DNA of 64,000 nucleotides from Dehalococcoidia bacterium (GTDB lineage Bacteria; Chloroflexota; Dehalococcoidia; Lucifugimonadales; UBA3495): NCBI GenBank assembly GCA_965207865.1, contig CBDBNP010000005.1, positions 112,055 to 176,054 of the forward strand, read 5' to 3'. Shown piece by piece: positions 58,578 to 64,000 of this stretch (position 1 is its first letter; each line of letters starts with the position of its first letter). The notes under the pieces were generated by a model. It saw only the letters and a program-made list of their open reading frames with translations, ran no database searches and was not told where the DNA came from. The position numbers and the translations under genes were made by a program.

Positions 58578-59982
58578 TACTACAGTTGCAGATAAGGAGG
58601 GGGGTAGAATCTCAGGCAACCAAGGAGTGTTGAGGTGGTGCGGTGGTTGTTGGGAAAGAGGAGGTAGCGGAGGTTGCCCGGAGGGGCGAGGGTAGCGAGC
58701 GGGTGCACCAGTGTATCGCAGGCAGGTTCCGGCGGCCGGAGCCGCGCCGGCGGGCCCTGGAGTATCTGAAAGGCTTGCTCAGCCCGGTAGAACGCAAGAA
58801 CGGCTGGCAACTGGCGGAGCAGGCGGGCGACGCTACTCCCTACGGTGTGCAGCGCCTGCTGTCGGGTTACGTCTGGAACGCGGACCTGGTCCGGGATGAT
58901 CTGAGGCAGTACGTGATCGAGCACCTGGGGGACGGCGATGCGGTTCTGGTGGTGGACGAACCGGATTCATCAAAAAAGGGGAGATATCGGTCGGGGTGCA
59001 GCGCCAGTACAGCGGCACGGCGGGACGGATCGAAAACTCTCAGGTGGGTGTGTTTCTGGCCTATGCCTCGGCCAAGGGCAGGACCCTGCTGGACCGGGAG
59101 TTGTACCTGCCCCAGGTGTGGGCGGATGACCGGGAACGCCGGCGTGAGGCCGGGGTGCCTGAGAGTGTCGGCTTTCGGACCAAGGGGCAACTGGCCCGGC
59201 ATATGTTGCCGCGAGCGGTTGAGTCAGAACTGCCTTTCGCCTGGTTTACTGGGGACGAGGTCTACGGCAGCGACCGGAGGTTGCGGTTCTGACTGGAGAG
59301 GAGGGAGATTCGCCACGTGATGGCCGTAAAGAGGAACGAGAGGCTGTGGGCTTTGACGGCAAGGGGACCGTTACAGGTGAGGGCGGACCGGCTGGCGGCG
59401 CAGGTTGACGAGGCCGACTGGGTCAGGTGCAGTGCCGGTGATGGAGCCAAGGGCCCCGGGTCTACGACTGGGCCGCCGTGGAAATACGGCCCCTAAGGGA
59501 GCCCGGCAAGGGACACTGGCTGTTGGTTCGCCGTAGCGTGGCCAACCCGGAGGAACTGGCCTATTACGTCTGTTATGGTCCGTCGGGAACTGCCGTGGAG
59601 GAACTGGTTAAAGTCGCTGGGAGGAGCTGGACCATAGAGGAATGCTTTGAGGAGGCCAAGGGGCAGGTGGGCTTGGATCAATACGAGGTGCGGCGGTGGG
59701 ATGGCTGGTACCGGCACATCACCCTGGCGATTCTGGCCCACGCCTATCTGACTGTAATCAAAAATCAGGTGGCGGAACAAGGAGAAAGGGGCCACTACGG
59801 CCCCGATGAGGAGTTGATTCCCATGACTGTGCCGGGGGTGCGACGGCTGCTGACACGTTTGGTCTGGACAAACAGCCAACCGCCCGAATTCATCCTTATT
59901 GGTCGTGGTGGAGACGCCGCAACCAAGCTATAGCCCGCCAAAGTCACTGCAAGGCGCGCCTATCACATCTGCAACTGTAGTA
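58578..59982 (+). mobile_element. IS701-family insertion sequence with perfect 16-bp terminal inverted repeats, CTAG target duplication
   Basis: TACTACAGTTGCAGAT (58578-58593) is the exact reverse complement of ATCTGCAACTGTAGTA (59967-59982); CTAG at 58574-58577 and 59983-59986. Confidence 0.92.
58643..59980 (+). pseudogene. IS701-family transposase pseudogene
   Basis: [13 protein letters not shown](T)[56 protein letters not shown]; single-base deletions near 58961, 59457 and 59898, plus TGA at 59290. Confidence 0.92.
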
Positions 59983-60118
59983 CTAGAGACTATCAGTAAC
60001 GGACTCAGCAAACTATTCTGCCTCCAATCGTAGTCGGCCCGACCTGCCTCAGAATTAACAGAGATGGCGGGTGGCGGCTTCATCAACTATGCCCTCCAAT
60101 TCTTGGCACGTCTGGGCG

Positions 60119-61666
60119 CTAGTTTACTCGGCCGACACGATCGAAAGGAGCCTGGGAAATCGACCGATACACTTCGCACACCTCGTCTCCGAATTCAAAC
60201 CGCCCTGCGAGTGCATCAACCACCACTTGCACCGTCAGAGCAGAGCACCCCAGCACCGACGCCGGTGGAGCGTTGTTGACCGGAGCCGAGCAACCCAATG
60301 ACGGCGCCACAAAATCGCCACCCGCATCCCCACTGGGGATAGCCGGATATTGAGGTCCCTCTTTTCTCAGGTGGATCGGAGTGTCCCCTGGCAACACCTG
60401 TCGTTGCACCCTTGCCACGCTGCCGCCACGGTAGAGAGCGCCCGACACCAGCGGCTTGCTTACTTCCGAGGCTACCATAGCCAGCGCAGGAACAAAGGCA
60501 TCATTGCCTGTGGCGTCGACGACTATATCAGCGTTCAAAATGAGCTCTTGAATTCTGCCTGGAGTCATCGGGGCCTCAGGATGCTCCTTCACTTCAGTCC
60601 AGGGTGCGTGCCTGCTGATCATGCGATGAACCGCTTGAACTTTGAGCGCCCCCACCTGGTCATGGCCTGCGACGTGTCTGACCACGTTTTCGGGCAGGAG
60701 CACATCACCGTCCACTATGTCCAGATAACCGAGCCCACTTTCTGCAAGCGTGTTCCCCACGTGCCCTCCAAGAGCGCCAGCACCGAACAGCGTAGCCCTG
60801 AGGGTCCGCAACAGTGGCGCATCCGGACCTGCGCGCAAAATCAGGCTGTTTTCATCGTTGGGCCCTGGCTGCAACGCGATCGCCTCCATCTCGTGATTCA
60901 TTCCCGCACACGCCATCACCAACAGGTCGGGCCTACCGTGGCGTTCCCAGCAAAACAGCACGAGGTCGACTCCACCGCTCGGCACGAAAGGAACCGGCCC
61001 CTTGCGATCGGACAGCGCTTTATTGAGTCCCTTTCTCTGGCTCCTGGAGAGGTAACGGTACACTTCCGCAAAACTGCGGGGCGGCGGGCCATCCAATGCG
61101 CCTGCATGAAACCATAGGCCTTGCAAATGGTGCCCGCCGTTTTGGCGGCCTTGCCGTATATCAAGCCGGGGCGGATTGAGACTCACGGCGCCATGAATTT
61201 CTCCCCAGCTGCCGCTGCGAACTTTGAGCTCACGCAGATCGACTGTCGCTACATAGGGGAATGGAAAAAGCGACTTCCCGGGAAAATTCAGGAAGGCATC
61301 CCCCTGGAGATCGTCCGCCTCCCAACCGCGTTTTGCGTTCTCGCACCATTCGCCAATCCGCGAGAAGAAACCTCCTACAGTGACCCAATCGCAGCTGGGA
61401 TCCCCATCCTGCCAGAGGCAAACGAACCCACCCGGCGTTGCGTGGTTGGAGTCGAGGCCATCGACAATGAGAGCGGGCGATTGGAACGGCCATCCAGGCC
61501 GCACCACGACGTCCATTGTGATCGCGCCGGTCAATTCAGAAAAGGATTGATGGATCGGTCCTCTCCAGACCGAAAGTCCGTCGACGGTTATGGGTTCAAA
61601 GCCGGATACCGCCAACTCACGCTCGAAGACCTCCAGGGATTCCATATGGAAATGGTCGCCGTTCAT
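60119..61666 (-). CDS. cap2: CBASS Cap2-like E2-E1 (ThiF) fusion enzyme
   Basis: N-terminal E2-like GWPFQSP...NHATPGGFVCLW (catalytic Cys); C-terminal ThiF/E1 FGAGALG, DGDVL..ENVVRH, VVDATG, GCS; directly downstream of the CD-NTase. Confidence 0.85.
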   Translation of the reverse strand: MNGDHFHMESLEVFERELAVSGFEPITVDGLSVWRGPIHQSFSELTGAITMDVVVRPGWPFQSPALIVDGLDSNHATPGGFVCLWQDGDPSCDWVTVGGFFSRIGEWCENAKRGWEADDLQGDAFLNFPGKSLFPFPYVATVDLRELKVRSGSWGEIHGAVSLNPPRLDIRQGRQNGGHHLQGLWFHAGALDGPPPRSFAEVYRYLSRSQRKGLNKALSDRKGPVPFVPSGGVDLVLFCWERHGRPDLLVMACAGMNHEMEAIALQPGPNDENSLILRAGPDAPLLRTLRATLFGAGALGGHVGNTLAESGLGYLDIVDGDVLLPENVVRHVAGHDQVGALKVQAVHRMISRHAPWTEVKEHPEAPMTPGRIQELILNADIVVDATGNDAFVPALAMVASEVSKPLVSGALYRGGSVARVQRQVLPGDTPIHLRKEGPQYPAIPSGDAGGDFVAPSLGCSAPVNNAPPASVLGCSALTVQVVVDALAGRFEFGDEVCEVYRSISQAPFDRVGRVN

Positions 61667-61671
61667 CCTTG

Positions 61672-62682
61672 CTATCCGAAGCGGCTGGACTCGTTCGGTC
61701 GACGGACCAAAGGTGGACTCGCCGCAGCCGCTGCACCGCCCGATGCGCCACCGATGGAGCCCTGACCAGAGGAACCACTGCCTCCGGACGTCGAAGACTT
61801 CCTGAATTTGTCCCCGAAGAGTTCCTGCCAGAGTTTGATAGCCTTGTCAGCATCCGGCTCGGCTTTCGCCTGCTTTGCTGTCCGAGCATACGACTGAACC
61901 CGGTCTCTGAAATTTGAATACCTTCGCTGGTCCCAGTGCCGGTTGAAATCCTCAGTGGACAGCACAGGATTCCTTATCAGTGGCATATTGGGATGCTGAT
62001 GCAGGTATTCGTTAATCCGTGATAGCACGGTCTCCAACGTGTCGGCCACAGTGCTCACCGCCACAGTTCCTCGGTCCGACGCCCTGATGGTGTTGCCCGC
62101 CAGGGTGGTCAGCAGAATCGACTTGGCGCTGAAGCTGTTCTTGTGGTCCCGCAGGTGCTTGAGCAACCTCACGACCCGCTTCAGGTTCCCGCCCGTGATC
62201 CTGTTCTTATCATTGAACCAGTTTCGGTATCCGTCGCCGTCCGTCTCATCGAACTTGTTTTTGTTCCGGTCACATACGTAATGCTTGCCGTCTATGGTCA
62301 CCCGGGGAACGACGTCGAGGTGAAAGTCGCCGGCATAATCGACGGTCACGCACCGAGTCTTCAGCTTGAGCTTTTCGGCATAGACCTTGTTGCTTCTAAG
62401 GGCTCTGTCAATTTCGTGGACATAGTCCTTGGGTTCCCACTTGGGGTTCGGGTTCATCACTATCTGGATGTCGGCATCGTATTCGTCGTTGTCATCCACC
62501 GGCTTGATGAGCGTCCCAAGTGCGTATGAACCCTGCCTCTCCATCGTCTGGTAGCCGTGCAAATTGTCCTTAAGGCAGCCGTTCACCCCTCCCACGGCAG
62601 TCTCCAATCGCTCCATTCGGCGTGGATTTAGGTTCACCTCATCCCTGAGGAAATCATCGAATTCCTGGTTGTTCTTGGCCAA
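61672..62682 (-). CDS. cGAS/DncV-like nucleotidyltransferase (CD-NTase, SMODS-type)
   Basis: QGSYALGTLIKP...EYDADI (hGS plus DxD), KTRCVTV.Y, HLDVVP third Asp, LKRVVRLLKHLRD, NPVL..EDF; TTG start after GGAGG. Confidence 0.9.
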   Translation of the reverse strand: MAKNNQEFDDFLRDEVNLNPRRMERLETAVGGVNGCLKDNLHGYQTMERQGSYALGTLIKPVDDNDEYDADIQIVMNPNPKWEPKDYVHEIDRALRSNKVYAEKLKLKTRCVTVDYAGDFHLDVVPRVTIDGKHYVCDRNKNKFDETDGDGYRNWFNDKNRITGGNLKRVVRLLKHLRDHKNSFSAKSILLTTLAGNTIRASDRGTVAVSTVADTLETVLSRINEYLHQHPNMPLIRNPVLSTEDFNRHWDQRRYSNFRDRVQSYARTAKQAKAEPDADKAIKLWQELFGDKFRKSSTSGGSGSSGQGSIGGASGGAAAAASPPLVRRPNESSRFG

Positions 62683-62700
62683 ATCAATCCCTCCTTGCAG

Positions 62701-63735
62701 CTATGCCAGCGCCTCGAACGGCGTGGCCGTGGCAGCGAAAAACACCTCCTTTAACCCCTCGGAGTGCTGCTCAGCGACCGCAAGCGCCTCCTGAGGCAAC
62801 AACCGCGTGGCCTTAGCCCAATCGTCCAGGTCGATAGGCTCCGTGCCCTGCGGACGGTCCAATCTCGTTACCTTGTCGCGACCGATCAGAAGCCCGGCCT
62901 GGTTCACTGCGGTGAGGGACTGGTAGTGCATGGCAACGTAGATGATCTCCCGCCACTGGAACTGACCGGCCCCGGACGTCTGCTTGCTGTTGATGCGGAA
63001 CCCGTCCTGTCCGCACCCGATACTCAGGATCGCGATTTTCTCCCGCCGCACTGTGAAGCAGTTCAGAGCTTCCACCAAGGCCATCATGGTGGGATTGTTG
63101 GCCCATATCCCGCCGTCCAGCAGGATGTAACCATCCTGGACCACCGGTTTAAGGTAGGTCGGTGCCGCCGATGTCGCTGCGGCCACCTCGGACATGGGCT
63201 TATCGCCGTCCAGGAAATACCCCGGGTGGTGGGGAGTTTTGTAGACCGCGGGGTCCCCGTGCTTGGCTTCGGTCGACGGAATGAGCAACCGGTACTTGGA
63301 CTCCCGTAGCGTTCTTGCACCCAGGGTCTGCAAGAGCAACTCATCAAGGGCGGCCCGATCATATCGATTCTTGGACAACCTCCGAAACAGCCGGTTGCTC
63401 TTCTGACGTTGCTTCGGCGGGAAAACCTTGTGCCCTTCGTTCACGTACAGATCCAGCAACGACCGAGCAGTTAGTCCGGCACCCAGACCCAGGGCGATGA
63501 TCCCTCCGGTCGAGGTGCCGGCTACCAAGTCGAAGTAATCCCCGATGGGCTGACCGCTGAGGCAATTCTCTTCCAGATAGACAAGAATGGCCGCCGGAAA
63601 AATACCCTTTATGCCGCCACCATCCAGCGACAAAATCCTGAACGTCCTGTCGTCAGGCCACGGCAGTGGTTCCCTGCGGGTCTGCAGGATCGTGTCTGAC
63701 CTGCGCGTTTGTATGCTATGACCAGAATTCATCAA
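62701..63735 (-). CDS. capV: patatin-like phospholipase, CBASS CapV-type effector
   Basis: LSLDGGGIKG oxyanion loop, GTSTG nucleophile, ATSAAPTY, LDGGIWANNP catalytic Asp; first gene of the CD-NTase operon. Confidence 0.88.
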   Translation of the reverse strand: MMNSGHSIQTRRSDTILQTRREPLPWPDDRTFRILSLDGGGIKGIFPAAILVYLEENCLSGQPIGDYFDLVAGTSTGGIIALGLGAGLTARSLLDLYVNEGHKVFPPKQRQKSNRLFRRLSKNRYDRAALDELLLQTLGARTLRESKYRLLIPSTEAKHGDPAVYKTPHHPGYFLDGDKPMSEVAAATSAAPTYLKPVVQDGYILLDGGIWANNPTMMALVEALNCFTVRREKIAILSIGCGQDGFRINSKQTSGAGQFQWREIIYVAMHYQSLTAVNQAGLLIGRDKVTRLDRPQGTEPIDLDDWAKATRLLPQEALAVAEQHSEGLKEVFFAATATPFEALA

Positions 63736-64000
63736 TTCGCCTGATTTTCTTCGACCTACTCTCCAACGTATCAGACTGATTCAACGAAGGTCAATCGAAT
63801 GGTGTCAGTAAAATACAATTTGTAGTATCTAACTGACGGCCTACCTCAACTAGTTGGGGTATCTAGAGTGTCAGGGGCGATTGGGTTGTAAATGACGGAC
63901 AAAATTCCCTAATCTTGGCCAAGTGCCACAATGCGTGCTCAGTGGAGCGCTGCACAAGCGATGAGCCTCTCAAGATTCAAGATTATCGACACTCGGACCC

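Larger units (their letters stand above)
56197..64000. mobile_element. serine-integrase genomic island inserted in comM (far end outside the window)
   Basis: comM homology ends at ~56196; integrase abuts the junction; visibly more AT-rich sequence; cargo is an IS remnant and a defence operon; remainder of comM not in window. Confidence 0.8.

Noticed and set aside
27226-59292. TGA recoding (Trp or Sec), suggested by in-frame TGA at Trp-like positions in hicA (27226) and the IS701 transposase (59290)
   Set aside because: Many intact genes here end at TGA at their expected C-termini (rluD, uvrC, istA, thiE). Both cases are in dispensable genes and fit single TGG>TGA changes.
61121-61765. 214-aa plus-strand ORF inside the CBASS locus, considered as a hidden Cap3
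   Set aside because: Antisense to cap2 and the CD-NTase end; no JAB HxH motif; typical GC-rich shadow ORF
1-64000. rRNA, tRNA, tmRNA, RNase P, SRP and known riboswitches
   Set aside because: No diagnostic sequence recognised by eye in the intergenic regions; an Infernal/tRNAscan run would be needed to exclude them formally

Overview
High-GC bacterial chromosomal window. The gene content (several luciferase-like/F420-type monooxygenases, a translin homologue, Val/Glu/Thr-repeat lipoprotein, PaREP1-like genes) suggests Chloroflexota, class Dehalococcoidia (SAR202-like); this assignment is inference. About 1-52.6 kb is mostly core and metabolic genes: DUF1800, lspA, rluD, a GMC oxidoreductase with a betaine/proline ABC transporter, mtaB, queG, a solo groEL with a CIRCE-like box, folK/folP/folB, rarA, rpmB, rpe, argH, uvrC, xerD, polA, thiE. 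It also holds a hicB-hicA pair whose toxin has an in-frame stop, and two copies of a ~130 bp REP-doublet element. From 52.8 kb the window is accessory. comM/yifB is broken twice: by a complete IS21-family element (53560-55927, 5-bp ACAGC target duplication) and at ~56197 by an island whose large serine recombinase takes its last codons and stop from host comM sequence. The island runs past the window end. It carries a decayed IS701 with perfect ends and a CBASS anti-phage operon (patatin phospholipase, CD-NTase with a Gly/Ser tail ending in RFG, E2-E1 Cap2-like enzyme) with no visible Cap3/JAB gene. No rRNA, tRNA or CRISPR array was recognised. All calls come from manual reading of motifs; no database searches were run.
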